In this document: positions 38,052-52,735 of the stretch, piece after piece
Numbering within the stretch: position 1 is the stretch's first letter
How the letters are laid out: each line of letters begins with the position of its first letter
NCBI GenBank assembly: GCA_951804945.1
Contig: OX638150.1
Location: forward strand, 55,552,001 to 55,616,000
Direction of reading: 5' to 3'
Length of the DNA stretch: 64,000 nt
Origin: Podarcis cretensis
Lineage: Eukaryota
Translations under genes and position numbers: made by a program
The notes under the pieces: generated by a model
Database searches by the model: none
Seen by the model: the letters and a program-made list of their open reading frames with translations, nothing else
Told to the model about the DNA's origin: nothing

Positions 38052-38528
38052 CAGGGCCAGCTCAAGACATTTGGGCACCTGCGGCCAACCACAAAATGGC
38101 GTCCCCCATCCGCCAGGGAAGAAGGGGCAAGTGAAAATCAGGGACAAGCAAGAATAAAGACCTACATTTGGAACAAGGGGGTGGGAATCAAATCAACCTT
38201 ACCCAATGGTTGAAGTGGGAATCAAAGGCTGTTGTGGGATGGGTGCAGACCCCAGGAGACCTCTTTCTATTTCCTCCCTGGGGGTAAAAGGAGACTAGCA
38301 GCACTTCCCATTCGCCAAGAGGCCACTGTAGGAAGTGACATGCTGGGGGGGAGGGGCAGCTTCCAAGGATGTGGCAGATCCAGCCTCCAAGGTGTGCACC
38401 ACAGCTGTTGCTGCCACTGTGGCAGCAGCAGTGGGCAATGCATTCCTTGGAGGCTGATCTGCTGTCCTTGTGGATCCTGCTTGTCAGAGGCAGTTGCCTC
38501 ACCATGCCTCACGGGTGGGCCAGCCCTG
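38052..38528. mobile_element. PIF/Harbinger-like or hAT-like non-autonomous element
   Basis: CAGGGCCAGC ... GCCAGCCCTG terminal inverted repeats around a GC-rich interior. Confidence 0.55.
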
Positions 38529-41500
38529 CACAGCAGTAATCCCTACTGAATTCCATGGGGACTGCTTCCTGTTATGGACAGGACTGAAGCATGAATCAGT
38601 TACATCTTAAAGGTGCTGCACAGAGCTGTTAACAAGGACCCTATAAATTTCTAGAACTATGGAAAAATATTATTTCTCATTTGTACCATTCTCTGCACTC
38701 TCCTACTTTTTTACAATAGCATTTTAAGTTTACCAAACTGTTTTAGTAGTTTTGGCCTCACAACAACCCATGATGCCTGCTACTAACTACTAGATTCTGG
38801 GCAACCTCAGCCCGCAAGGCCAATGGTCAGATGATGGGAGTTTGGGTTCAAAAACATCTGTAGAACACCACTTTGGCCACTTCTATACTAGAGGGTGCTG
38901 ATGAATGAATCATAAATTATTTCTTTGACTCTAATTATCATCTTCCTATTTGGTATAGAATGTGTTGTTACAATAAAGTCATGATCCGGGTCAAAACTAC
39001 ATTCTAAATATCGAGTAGTTCTTTCCTACAGCATATTTTTACTCAGTTTCAAAGTTTGCTATCTAAAAATTCAGAGTGAATAAAAACAGCTGCACATCCA
39101 CATTTATATGTTCATGATTTATATATTAGATGCGTATGTGTGTGCATTTTAACGATACAGATATGGGTTAAGTCATAATGGAATCACTAGCAACATTGTT
39201 CAGCGGCACAATTTTTTCCTTATCCAGCTTTTGGCATTTGATGTGTTGCCAATTCGTATAGAAAGCCAGTGGAATTTAATCATGCAAGGGGAAAAACCTC
39301 TCCAAGGTTGAAGAATGAAGCACAGCAACGGGGGAAAGATAGCCAGTATGTTTAAAGGCCAATTGCAAGCAACAGATTGGAAATAAATGGAGATTCCTAA
39401 CTTTTACATAATAACATTCTCATTTCCTTTAGGTGCTGAACTGCATAATGTTCACACCAAGGTTTTTTTTACTTGACCTCATAATTTCTTATTAATGCTG
39501 TACAATGCACAGTGGGCACTAACTACCATGCTACAAGTTGTCCACTGGGATCATTTGATCGTATTTTAACCTATTTTTAAAACAATATTATTGGTTCACG
39601 AGAGCCAGGCAAGGCCTTCCCTTCTCCACTGGCCTGATACTTACAGCGGCAAAAGAATGTTACCAGGCCTTGTTGAGCCTTATGGCAGCACTAGCGGAAG
39701 AGTTAACTGCCCCTTCTTCCCAAGCCCAGATCACCTTCTGTTAAGTGGCCCCAGGAATTCTCCCTCATAATTCAAAAGCTGATTTTGATTATTTCCTGCA
39801 TCTGACAACTCCTTCGATTGCTTCTCTGATTACTGTAGTTTTTTTCAGTTTAGAAGTTTGGGAGATTATTGAATTCACATCACAAAATTAATATGAACAG
39901 GTAAGCATTTGGGCTGGGGGTTCATCTGGATGAAGGCAATGTCTAATGAGAAATTTCTGATTAAAATTGCCCAGTACATACTGCAATGCTATTTAACCTA
40001 TAAGGAATTCAATTGCATTTCTTAGATTCCTCAGAAAGGGCTGGTATTTGCAGCTTAAATCAGAAAATAATTTATTTGTACCCCACCATATGACTGGGTT
40101 GCCCCAGCCACTCTGGACGGCTTCCAACATACATAAAAACATAATAAAACATTATAAATGCCTTGCATGGTGGTTATTTTGGGGTTGTTTTTAGGATATC
40201 CTGATGCTCTGAAGGAAAAGGCAGAGAGGGGAGTAGAATCCCATAAAGCATTGAGAGACCACACTTTATCAGGCTGTCCTGAGAAACCATAGCATTTAGA
40301 AACTAGTTTGTTAATCTCTACTGAACACATGGAAACTGGATACTTGGTCTGCAAAAACACAGAAGCCCCAAACACTTTGATGGTATTTATATCAAATGAA
40401 AATAGAATAGCTGCTTGAAACTTGCTTCCGCCAAACAAATTTGAGGGAAGTGTTTCATTTAAGCAAAGACAAAACAGACACAAAAAGACAACCAGCCCCT
40501 ATCCCGGCAAAAAGTCAAAAATCCCAAACCACTCTGATTTGATAGTTCTGAATTTAGATCTCAGTATTTTGGCTTTTATGAGCAGTCTCCTTGTAAAGAG
40601 AGAGGTTTCTATCAGGTATGACAGTCCTAGAAAAGCTATTTTATCAGAACACCTGGGAAGGATTTAAAGAAATGTCATTCCCCTTGCCTTTTTCCACAGG
40701 AAGAGAAATAGCCTGCCTAGCAGTAGACACCCTCCCCTCCCACGACAGTTTATACTTCCTTAGTGCATCAGTGAGTTTTAGAGCATAGTTGCCGTTTCCA
40801 TGCCATTTTTATGTGAGGTTTATAAGCTAGTAAAAACTTCATTAGCTGAAGGGAGGATTTGCAACAGGCAATTGCTGGGTCCTGCCTTGCGAGTCTCCAA
40901 ACGGCTTGTGTTAAATTACAAGCTCCTTTGTCAGACTTTGCTTCAGTATCCAGGGAGTAGAATGAAAAGCACAGGTTTAAAACAGAGAAAGGATTTGCCT
41001 GCTAGTTGTTGAAATTAATTTCTAATTAGCACAAGCCTATTAAGCTATAATTGCCCAAAGCGTTCTTATTTCACTCATTAGAGTAATTAACGCACAATGC
41101 ACTTTCTAATCATAACACTGGGTTAGGATTTTGGGGGAAGCTATGTAAATTTGCCACCATTTGAAGCTGCTGGTTAAAAAAAATAAATAAATCAGTGTTA
41201 CACTGCCCATGTTGGGATTTTTTGAAATGAACACTTTTTGTAGGCTAAGTCTGAGTTTCTTCCCCACCCTCCAGAGAATAGCTGTGGATGAAAACATGCA
41301 AGAGCACATTCTCAAAACCCATCTCGAGTGAAGTGAGGTTGCATTAAGAGGCCCAGAAGCACCTCCTGTTAGCTAGAAAATCATTCAACATCTGATCCTC
41401 TGTGCTTCTGGCTAGTGGTGGCAAGGGCAGCCTTGGGCTTCTGCTCAGTCAGACCTTATGCAGAAAGAATCCCCCCTGCCCCATCCCTCGTTTAGGATCA

Positions 41501-44447
41501 ATAAGAGCCACAAGCAGCCTCCCACAACCTGGCGCTCTCCAGGTGTCCAACTGAAAAACCCCTCAGCCCCATCTGGCATGGCGGCTGGTCACAGATGGGG
41601 GAATATGTAGGTCATCAGGTGGGGGAAGTCTGGCCCAAAGTGCTGGGGTGGGGACTCATATACGTCTGAGAATGGTTGAGAATAATGGGTGCTGGTTGCT
41701 CCTGGTTCCTGGCATGGGGCCACAAAGTGCTCATTTGAGTGGCTGGGGCAGCAGCAGACTTGGAAGCTTGGGGGGGTATTGTTTAGTTGTTCTGTTTTGT
41801 TTACTTGTGTTTTTATCTTGTATTATATTCTGCGAACTAATATCTTATGATGAAGGGCGGTATATGATTGTTGTTGTTAAGGGAGGTTTTTAATGTTTGA
41901 TGTTTTATTGTGCTTTAAATTCTGTTGGGAGCTGCCCTGAGTGCCTGGGGAAACCCAGCCAGATGGGCGGGGTATAAATAAATTATTGTTATTATTGTTC
42001 TCATCATCATCATCATTTACCCACTTGCCTCACACAGAATGCTCGAGACCAAAGGCAGGCCCTGGCTGAAGTATTTCCCCAAGTTAGCAATCACCAGTTT
42101 GAAACGAGGACACATCTCCTAAGAGAAAGTATCAGGAAGCAAAACACCTTGTTGCAAAACACTGAGTCCCTTCGGAATTAGCGGTTTCAAAGTCCACACA
42201 ATACCTGCAGTGGTCAGCATTTAGGGTTATATGCTTCTCACACAAAACGCACACGCCGTTGGAGCAGCCAGGCAGAACACAAGTTGCCATTTACACAAAC
42301 AAGCAGAAGTGAAGCAAATGGATCACCCAAATTTGCCCACCTGTTAAGGTACACCAAAGCAAACCCTTATGTCGCCTGGGTTGCGTCAGCTTATTTCATT
42401 TCTCTTTTATCAGCAGTTATCACAACCCAAACAACGATTTATAGGGAGAGGCTGGCTAGACAGCTGGACTTTGACATGGTTAATTTTAGTTACGGTATTA
42501 TCACTGGGAGATCGACAAGCAGCCACTCTCTCTCTGGATGGCTAATTCCCTCTCAGCTGCTCCCCTCTGAAAGAATCCAAGTGCTTCCTCAGCCTGGATA
42601 CATCATCTCTAAACTATTCCCATGCACTGTATATTTCTTGGCAAGGTTGCATTCTGTGCTGAGAAACCTTCTCTAAACGGGGAGGGAGGAAAAGGGGGTG
42701 GTGGGGAATACCACTGTCTAGCGCAATACTGCAGCGGACCCATTTGCCAGAATGTAAAATGGATGCACTGCTGAGCAAACCAAGAGGTATTGTTCTTGCA
42801 CAAACAACCAGGCCTTCTCACAGGTCCAGGCCATTTCCAGGTTTTAAGTCCCTTAGGCATAACCAAAAATAATTTATTTATTTTTTTAAAAAAATGACAG
42901 CACAGGAAAACAAGACAAAAAAGAAAAGCACACAATTCTATTTTATTTTTAATTATTGACTGAATGCTTTTCTATCCCTCTCTGGTGCAAATACACTAAT
43001 TACTGAAGCAAAAGCATGTATTTTATGAAGTCATATCTTATTTGCTTCAAGTTGTGGCTCTGAGCTGAAAGATTGTGCCGCATTTTTGTCTTATGTGCAC
43101 AAAAACAAGTTGCAAAACTTATCAAATCCTCCCCCCCCCCCGGGTCCAAATTGAGGCCTTGGCAAAATGGCCGCTCTGCCCCCCACCCCCCACCTACAAA
43201 CAGCAAGCCACAGACCCAGTCCTGCTGCAAGGATACAGTCCATGCCTCTCCTGCCACTGCAACATAACAGAAAAAGCCTCAAATGGCAGGGAAGTTAGCC
43301 GCACCACACTCTCAAATTCTCACAGCAATAATAATGGATTATGCAGATCAGCATAATCTGAGCCTCCAGTGCTCTTGTCTGGGAAACAGCAGATGGCCAA
43401 GGACCTTGCTGCCCTCATCATTTAGCACAGTTCCCCTTAAGGTCCTGATCAATGTGGCATTAGAGAGAGGGAGAGGGAGAGGGAGAGAGGCTGTGGGCTT
43501 GGAAAGGTCACTGGCTCCGCTGTTTGCTTTATGCTCTGCACTTTCTGCTTTGTGCGCTGTCGCCTCTTTCCTTTTTTGATAAGCAATTAATAACGCAGAT
43601 CAAACCAGAACGTGGTGTTGGCGTAAGTTCAATGAAGATTCACATACGGCTGGTTTAAAGAGCCCCTCACAAGAATACCTAAAGTGCTCTTTAGCAGAGG
43701 TACATAAAATACATCTAAGAACAGAAGCAAGAGTAACAACTCAAGAGGCGGCTGCTGACACACAGCTTGGATGGCTCAGGTTATCCACCTGCACATCACT
43801 TAGCTATCACCCCAAAGGAAAATGGGTGATTTTCAGATTCCACGTTTTTAGTCGATGCAGTAGCGAGGACTCAAATGTTGTTTCTCTGCATGAACATGCA
43901 GAAAAAGAGGGGGTGGGGAAAAGGAAAGTAAAGAGGTCGGGATGACTCCAAATATTTGTTTACACCTACTGCCCACATAGCTAAGCTCTCTCCAGATGTA
44001 TTTCTGGAGGAAGAAAATGTCATTACAGTTTGTTTTAAATATTTCCATAGCTGGGTAAACAGACTATGTCACAGACAGATAGCTGCCAGACGTCACTTGC
44101 GAGGAATGACCTGACCAAAAGTGGAGCAATGAAGTCATTCATCACAGGGGAGACACACTTCTCTCCCAAGTCCTTAACAGACAGCACTATGTGAATGACA
44201 TTCATTCCACACAGATTCACCACACGATTCTCATGATGAGCAAATGAAAAGGTAGCAGTAGAACACAGGTTAGCATTTACGCTTGGTCTGCCTAGAGGGC
44301 TCCTGCCAACTTTATTTTCAGTTTCACAAAGGCTGGCTGTGGGGCCAACACAGATAATTTTACAATCCCAACTTTCATTTGTAAAAGGACTGTTACAACC
44401 CGGAAAGCTCTACAGCCCTACTGAGGGCAAATAGCAGCATTGCTAGC

Positions 44448-44627
44448 ATAGGAGCCAACTCCTAGGGGCCGAGGGGGCTCTGCCCGCCCCAATATAATAT
44501 TTGAGGGTGCCAGGCAGCAGAAAGTTAATGGATACTGCCATTCAAATGATGTGTGTGCACTGTGTCATGGGAAGGGCTTACCTGCCCCCACTCCACCCCC
44601 ATTATTTTATTCAAGTTGGCACCCCTG
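44448..44627. repeat. Short DNA-transposon-like repeat, copy 1
   Basis: ATAGGAGCCAACTCCTAGGGGCC ... TTTTATTCAAGTTGGCACCCCTG; related copy at ~45972-46159. Confidence 0.7.
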
Positions 44628-45283
44628 ACTGCTAGTGAAAATCTCCCTTGAGGATATTTCTCCTGATTCTTCAAACTCTGTTGTCACTTCACCCACTCCT
44701 TCCCCAAACAGGATTGTCTCACACCTGCAGGAGACGCTGCAATTATATTCAGGATATTCCAGGTTTATGGGAAGTGCCACAAGGCCTTCTGCTCTTTGGA
44801 AAAATAAATCTCTTATGTGGAAATTGATTGATTGCCCAACTTTCTTTTGTTGTATTTCCACAGCCAACATTATGCAAAGGCAACACAAGGAATCTCCATC
44901 TTGTTTTAAGCTTTTGGCAGTCACACTACATAGAAGCACATTATAGGGTACTTCCAGATGCGGGTTTGTTGTGAAATCTGTGCTGTTCGTGCACACAAGA
45001 TTTTGCAGCTTCCACATGCCATCATCAAAATACCAACCTGTTTAATTTTCAATTTTAATGTGGATTTCTCCATAACAATCTGCAGTCACTGCTGGTGTGA
45101 AATCTGCTTAGTGCTGCCTCTGCTAACCAGGTGCTTTCTAGCTGTTTAGACTACAATTCCCATCATCCCTGACCATCGGCTATACTGGCTGGGGCTGATG
45201 GGAGTTGTAGTCTAACAACATTTGGCAGCCAACAGGTTGGGAAAGGTTGCATTAGTGCATTTATTTGGTGCATGACTTGTTAT

Positions 45284-45433
45284 ATAGAATCAGAATTGTA
45301 GAGCTGGAAGGGACCACAAGAGTCTTCTAGTCCAACTCCCTGCAACACAGGAATCTTTTCCCCAACATGGGTCTCGAACCCAGTGACCCAGAGATTAAGA
45401 GTTTCATGTTCTGCTGACTGAGTTTCCAGAGGC
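45284..45433 (-). mobile_element. tRNA-Lys-derived SINE with CR1-like 3' tail
   Basis: - strand CTCAGTCAGCAGAACATGAAACTCTTAATCTCTGGGTCACTGGGTTCGAGACCCATGTTGGG resembles tRNA-Lys(CTT), followed by GGACTAGAAG...CCCTTCCAGCTCTACAATTCTGATTCTAT; decayed copies at ~20485-20622 and ~57424-57567. Confidence 0.75.
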
Positions 45434-45971
45434 TGGCCTCTAATGCCACCCTCTCCTACTTCTGTTTGCTCCTCACTTAAAAAACCACCATTATTTTTTG
45501 AGGTCCATATAATACAAGCATGTCTGTTTCCATGAACTGTTGCAGCATGTCTGAACCTCATCAACAGGAGCTGTTCTCAAAATCTTCATACAGTGCACAT
45601 GGGGATTACCTCATAAACAGCGATCGCAGTACATAATCTAACCTTAATTAACAACAACAATAATTCTGCAATGGTTTTGTGCTACACTTCTGTATCATCA
45701 TTATTATTCATTACGATCCAAATGGAAACAGATATTCCTCCCTATCCCAAAAACACAAGTCTCCATTTTGTCCATTGTAAAATATGATAAATAAGGTTGG
45801 CAATATTTGTTCTTGGGCCCTTCAAATGTATGTGGGTTTATTAAAAAAATAAGGTGCTGCTGCACAGGTACAAACATATCTATGCACATACCCAGAACAG
45901 AACAAGGCAGCAGAAAGTGGAAGAACAGTGACTGAGGGCAAAGAAGCGGGGAACACACACCTCCATCCACT

Positions 45972-46159
45972 ATAGGAGCCAACTCCTAGGGGCCATGAGG
46001 GCTTTGGCCCCCGCAATAAAATAATTGAAGTGGCTGGGCTCCCACAAAGTTTATGGGCATTCCCATTCAAATGAGGTGTGCGCGATTGGGTCATGCGATT
46101 GATTATGTGGGGTGGTGCTTACCTGGGCCCCCACAATTTTATTCAAGTTGGCATCCCTG
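45972..46159. repeat. Short DNA-transposon-like repeat, copy 2
   Basis: Same termini and internal CATTCAAATGA motif as 44448-44627. Confidence 0.7.
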
Positions 46160-49100
46160 CCACCCACTGATGTGCAACAGTAATGAATATGTGGAAGCAC
46201 AACTAGACTACTGAGTTCCAGGCCCAAGCATTTTTGTAGGCCTGGTACATAGGCGTACCTTCCTTGTAGACATACACAGTACCATCCCAAATACTCTCTC
46301 TCATGAGTCATTAAAGAAAAGCAGGCTACACAAGGATACAGAATCCCAAGGACATACATGAATAGACTAACCTACCAGGTCCTCCTTTTACACCAGGGCA
46401 CCAGGCAAACAACAATTTATCCTTTGCACAAGGGTACCAGGCCCTTACAGAATCCTTCATTTGCACAAGGATAGAATAGACCAATGTACCAAGCAATCAA
46501 CAATACCTCATTTCGGCTGCGGGGAGTCCCAGGGATGTAGCAGCAGGGTAGATCTCAGTCTGGCCAAGCTATACTGCACCTACAGCATTTTAAGCCTTCA
46601 TCAAAGTCCACCTCCCCCTCTACTCCAGCTCAAGCCCTGTGTTTTTTAAACTACCTTCACCTGTCTTGATTATTACTACCTTCACCTGGCTTGGGGGTTT
46701 CTAGGCCAACAGGCAAGCAAAGTAATTAACCTACACCTGGGCTCTCTCTACACAAGAAGTGCTCCTGCAAGCAACCAAGTCGGCATTAGAATCACTGCTG
46801 TTGAGTTTATGGTGACGGGAAGGGTTAATTGTGCAAGGCCAGCTACAGCTCCTTGATAACAATTCATTTTCCACATTGCTATAAGAACACACTCCAATCT
46901 CATGGATCAGGGAAAGCCTGAGCAAGTAAGTGTATGTAAGTCTTTACAAGCCACGTGAAGTGTAGGTTGTGTAACCTGAAGAGATTTTGTTGCCACCCAT
47001 TCCCATTTCTCACATTTTCAATTTAATTTACATTCCCTTCAACAGTAAAGAGGTGGTTGTGAACAGAAATTCTTACATTCTCGATGAAACAGTATATTGT
47101 GTATTGTCGTGGCCTACAGTGAGTGCTGAAAACTCTCAAGGCAAAGAGCTCCTTTGGGTGTTTATCTGAAATTAAGATTTTACAATTTGCCTAGCACTAA
47201 CCATTTGTGCTTCTTGGGCCTCTAGCATTCTTCCACACCTGTTTTGTAAGCATATCAGCTTGGCATTGACAGATAATTTCTTATACAGAAAATATTTCAT
47301 GGGGAGAGTTACTCTTGTTTCGAATTGGAAGTCCACATTAGCTCTGGTGTACTTGTTTTCTGTAACTCATATTTAGTCAACAACCCTAAACACACTTACT
47401 TATAAGTAAATTCCTCTGAAATCAATGGAACTTCCTTCAAAGATCATGGTTAGCCTGACAGTTGTATCTACATTCAGGCAGGACATGTTATTTGCATCAC
47501 CAGGCAGTGCTACTTGAGCTCTCTGTGTTGATGACAGGTACCTCCCATGTGATGATTCACATTCACGTTACCATGATGCTGGCATGGTAACACATTCCAA
47601 TTCACTGCTCTAGGAAAGATGGCAAGTTTGTTGATGCTGTATCTTGGGATCATTTAAGCAACTGGGACCATATTCTTGTCCTCATCTCCTGCAAGGATGG
47701 GTACAGCTGAACCTCAGCTTGTTGTGCAGGTTTGTGAGGATTCGAGATCATGAATAAATTAGGCTAATCTTTGAAGAAAACCTCTGGAGAACCACTTTTA
47801 TTGACCAGGGATTATGATTCATTATAACAATTTGCAGCAGGGTAGTCGAGACCACTACTGCACCATCCCAACAAAGTGTCTTTGTGGCGCCTTAAAAACT
47901 AACTCATTCATTAGGGGAAAGTTCATAGTTTAGTGGTGCATTTTCTCCTTTTATGCAGATGTTCCCAGGTCAATCCCTGGAATCGACAGGTAGAGTTGGG
48001 AGAGATTCCTGCCTGAAGTCTTGGGGAATGAGTCAAAAATGCATGATGCTACTTCTAAATGGCAAGTTGGGCTCTCTTTACATGCATGGCGTATGCCCTT
48101 CCCTAATCCATATAACTCTGGCTGAGACTTTCCTTCCTGACAGCATAGTGAAAGAGAAAGAGAAGGAAGAGGGAGGCGGCTGGGCTCCCCCCCCCCCCCT
48201 TTTCAGTCCACTGATGCCATGCTACTTTGCTTCACAAAGACTTGTGTATCAGCCAGACAAAAGTAAAATAAAAAACGGCTGGGACCACTCATATTTATGA
48301 TCAGCTCATAGCTATGGTTTGAGAAAGTCAGACTGCAAAAAACAAATGCTGCTTAACAGCAATAACTTTACAAGCATGGTAATGTATTGGACGTACTAAA
48401 GAAAATGAAATCTGAACTTTCACACACTGGTACTTCCTTGCAAATGTGTCCAAAATGAGCATTTCTGTGTTAGAATATGCATGTATTAATCTGAGCATGT
48501 TATGGCATTTTAATGAGAACTGAAAACAGATTTCTCAGACTTGTATCTATTAGAAGTTCTTAGGAATTATGGAACATGCACCTTAAGTTATTAAATGTAA
48601 TTTTATACTGTAATTATGTGATATAAAAATTAATGGTTTTAAATTACCAATTTGTTATTTAGCCAGTAGGATTTTCTCTGGATACCTTCCTCGTCTAAAA
48701 CTGCAAGATAATGAAGGCAAAGTTATGATTAGTCATAGTGTTACACATAAATATTTGCATTTTGGGGAAACTGCTGTGAAGAACCACAAAATATCTACTC
48801 AACTTACAAAAATAAATCCTCAGTAACTTACTTACCAAACAGCCGATTGTGTTGATTTTGGCACGGTGTTAGCATTAATCCGCAAAAATATGTCCACATG
48901 AAAAGGTGAAACAGCCAAGGCTGCCATAAAATTTTTACCTGGAAAAATATTTGCTCAGACAGTAATGCTTCCAGTCATAACTCATGTTGCTGGTTCAAAT
49001 TCTATCAGGACACAAATGGCTGAAAACATTTACCACCTTAGCTGTGTGTGTTGCCCTTCCTTAGTAGGATCCAGGTGCAGAACTATTTAAAAATCTGAGG

Positions 49101-49290
49101 GAGAAATAGTACATTCCTTACCATGAATTTCCTGTTCTCTGTGGCTACAGGAGACTATGTCCCCTCAGAACAGGAGACAAGGCCAAACTCTTGCATTTCA
49201 GCCAAACTTTTGCATTTGTCCTCCAAAGGATTTTTGCTACCAGCACAGACCAGGCTGAAAAGAGCTGAAGAAACCCCTCAGCCAGCTACC

Positions 49291-49317
49291 TGTGTGTGTG
49301 TGTGTGTGTGTGTGTGT
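49291..49317. repeat. (TG)n microsatellite
   Basis: Direct reading. Confidence 0.95.
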
Positions 49318-52025
49318 TTGTGTGTACATATGTATGTACATGTGTATGTATGTATCAGTAGAGGCCGCTCAGCAAAAAGAAAAGAAGAGGGCAGGAGGGA
49401 AGGGAAAGGAGCCTCCTGAGTCTCCCTCCCTCTTTACATGTATAACGAGGCAGAAGTTTGAAGAGGTGTTGGCCCAACATCAAAATCAGTGCTGAGGAGA
49501 ACCCTCAGGGATTCAGAGAGGATAGCAATTAATAGCAATACATTACTTTTTCCTCACTAGGCAGCATTCTAAATTCTTGGCGATCTCCAAGCAGCCATAA
49601 GTGGGGCAGGCACAGTTGTAGACGGACGCAAGGAAAGATGTCTCAGGCACTTCAAATGAAAGTAAGAAAGCCGTATCTTGATTTAACTCCTGATAATATA
49701 ATGTGTTGCTCTTTCGCTGCTCAGCATACAATGAGGCAGAGGGAGAGAGGGAAGCATTTAATACAAAAACACCTCACTAAGAGGAGCTACCTTTCAGCCA
49801 GGACTAATTTCCCCCCAATTTCTATCACATTAGACAAATAAAATGCCTGCCTTGGGTGTCGAAACCGAAACACTGGAATGTCAACTATGTTCAGCTTTGT
49901 TTTCAAAGTGCTTTGTCCCAAATGTTATATTTCAGTAAACATGTGACATACAGTATCTTGGGGTGGAGGGAGAGAAGAAATGCCAAAACTACCATAATAG
50001 TGTAGCAGTCAGAGCTTAATTTCCAGGGTTTTTGTGTGTGTGTATGTCTGGCTGCCAAAAACCTAAGCTACCTTCCCCAAATATAAGAATGAAGCTTAAA
50101 GTGCTGCCATTCTGAATTAATTTTCCTAAGGGCTCTTATGATCTATAGACTTGAGGGGGAAGAGACACATTTGAGTTTTTGCTAGCATCCTATTTGCTAG
50201 CTAATACATCCTATTTATATTTCTCTGTCCCGTGCCATTTAATTTGAGGGCCATATTTACCTCAAGTCCCTGACTGTGAAATCTGGGATCTGATGAATAG
50301 ATGGTTTGCAAGGCCATTCCATTGTTATTATTTCTTTAAGAGCCCATGGGGTTTTCATTCTTCACTTGGTTTCAATGTGCATTGTGTATCAACCCCCAAG
50401 GGCTTCATAGTTTTGGTTTTCAGGCTGGATCGATGACAGGGAATTCAGCTGGAATATTTCGTAGGTTTCTTGGACATCTTCTACACATGAAGAATGAGGC
50501 ATTGCAGTTCTGAGGTGTTAGAATGGATGACACCTCTTTAGGCTACAGGTAGAGGGTGCCACACCTTTGAATGCTCATCTGCATGAAGAACCCCCACCAT
50601 CCCCACCTTATCTTTCAGGGGTTTAAAAGGAGGACTACATTCTCTCTCCTGGATATGCTAATTCTCTACTAGCGGACTTGTTGTTGTTTACCTTGGAAGC
50701 CTAAAGCGGTACTATCCATTCTACCATGTCGGGATTCTACTACCTCCTTTTCCTTTAACCACTGACCACACATGAGTTCCTCTTTTGAAAACCCTCTGCA
50801 CCAGACCTGCCAAGCTTCTCTGCATTTTCAAGCAAGGACTCTTGATTTACTATGCGCCAAGAACATAGTAAAAAGAAAAGTTCAAAATGCTGTTGCTTGA
50901 AGACATTAGGTATGCTAGTAACTTGTAAGAGAGAAGAAATTTCTTACCTATTAAAAAAATGCAGGAACCAATACGTTTCCATGTAAAAAATAAAATAAAA
51001 AATTCTCTCCTCTGGGATGGCAGTCTGAGGTAGAACAGTATGTTATATGTTGTTCTAAGGTTTTTGTTTTTGTTTTAAAAAACTTAACATACACACAAAC
51101 CAGCTTCTGAGGCTGCACTGAAGAAGCCTGAGTCCTTAAATCATCCCTGCTTGTGCTATTTTGCTATTGAGAGTACCTGATCCCATCAAGCTGCTTTTAC
51201 CCCCAATGCATAGTGTTTGAAGTGTGAGGGGGGAAAAGGAATCAGAATCATAGGGATTGTAAGGGTAGCCTCTCAATTATGTCCACCTGGAAATAAGTGG
51301 GCTGATGTATTGGGACCGGGGAATACAAGTACCTGCACTTATCTCCCAGCAGCAATAAAAGCAGCTTGGTAGAGAATTTCAAAAAATAAAAAAAATAAAT
51401 ACACTAGTTATAGCATCAGAGATTGCAGGGCTGTGTGCTTGCTTATTAAAAGAGCACAAGAGAGAGTGTTAGCTAGCTCAGACGTCACAATAAACCATGG
51501 ATAGGAGGAGCAGGGGTATGGAGGCCTCAGGCACTTGTGCTGCCCCCTCCTCCTGCAGTACAGAAACAAGAAGTTCAAAAATTCTCTCTTCTGCTTTTGA
51601 TTAACTACATCTTGTCATGTTGTCAAATCAAGCAAACTGTGATTAATCATAATTATGGTTTGGTAGAAATAAGCCAGTGTCAAGCAATGGAGCTGGCTTG
51701 TTTCAATAATGTTAAGATTAACCACAGTTTAATGTTCAGATGAACTCTTAAGGAAAACCCCAGAGATGAAATATTGCATTCAATACGTATATTATTTGTT
51801 CAATAAACACTAGAGCTTCGAAATGAACAAAACACAATAGAAAAATACACTTACTACGCTCCTTCAAAGATGCCTAAAAATATGAACAAAAATGGAAGAT
51901 GTGCAAAAGCTGCTGCCAAAATGAAGGAGACCAGGAAAAGTCATTTTCTCTAACGTTGGTGTGTAGATTTGTGCTTGCCTCTGCACCTCTTGTTAAATAT
52001 GTTTAAATGCTGACTGAATACCTAG

Positions 52026-52031
52026 TTTATT
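52026..52031 (-). terminator. Candidate ARHGAP26 polyadenylation signal (AATAAA on - strand; UTR ~1.9 kb, may extend further)
   Basis: TTTATT on + strand next to AU-rich UTR-like sequence; not unique (e.g. ATTAAA near 49757). Confidence 0.4.
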
Positions 52032-52734
52032 ACACTTCTGTTAAAAATCAGAATATATAAAAACTTTACTTCACAATATTTCAAATCATCATATTTACAT
52101 CTCAAATTCAAAACAGTCAGTGAAACATACAGCAATGTGAACACTCAAGAATTTAAGATTAAATTAAAAAAAGCACACAAACATTTTAAAGCAGAAGAAG
52201 TCTATGGCCACTGAAATATGATAGTACAGCAGCTGGGGTGTGGGGCAGGGGAATTTACCAGGAAGTGCCAGTTTTTCTACTTCTGCAAGTGGGCCAACTT
52301 TTCAATTTCATCTGAACACAGTCAAAACTTTCTATTTCTTTTTAAAGCAAAGAAGAAGAAGGAGCATGGTATCTGAAAAGTTTGGCTTTCAAATCATGTC
52401 ATTAAGTGTAAATTCTACAGCTATGCAGACAATATGCAAAGCAACTTGAGAGCAATTTAGGAAAAGGGTGCATCTTTCCCAAAACAGGTATTTCAGTGAG
52501 AAAGGCATTACTGAAAGGCATCAATGAATAGGTGAAAACATCAATCCTAATACTTCATATATGTGTGTTTTCCAGATTATTCACTCAACTGCACAATAAA
52601 TACAAAATTCTAAGGTAGGTGACTGTGTAGAGGAGGGGAAGGGAACCTGTGGCTCTTAAGATGTTGCCAACGGGCAGGGATGATAGTTGTAATTCAGTGG
52701 CATCCTTAATGCTAAAGGTTCCCCGCCCCGTGTA

Positions 52735-52735
<1 letters not shown>

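Noticed and set aside
45360-45433. Possible tRNA-Lys gene
   Set aside because: Multiple stem-breaking substitutions, fused to a CR1-like tail, with decayed copies elsewhere: a SINE head
18432-50300. Other CTGATGA occurrences (~18432, 19413, 22561, 38898, 50290) as hammerheads
   Set aside because: No stem II followed by GAAA and stem III/UH in the required arrangement
51032-51046. GRE-like AGAACAgtaTGTTAT (also AGAACAgtgTGACAT near 20076)
   Set aside because: Mismatch at the critical C of the second half-site; expected by chance in 64 kb
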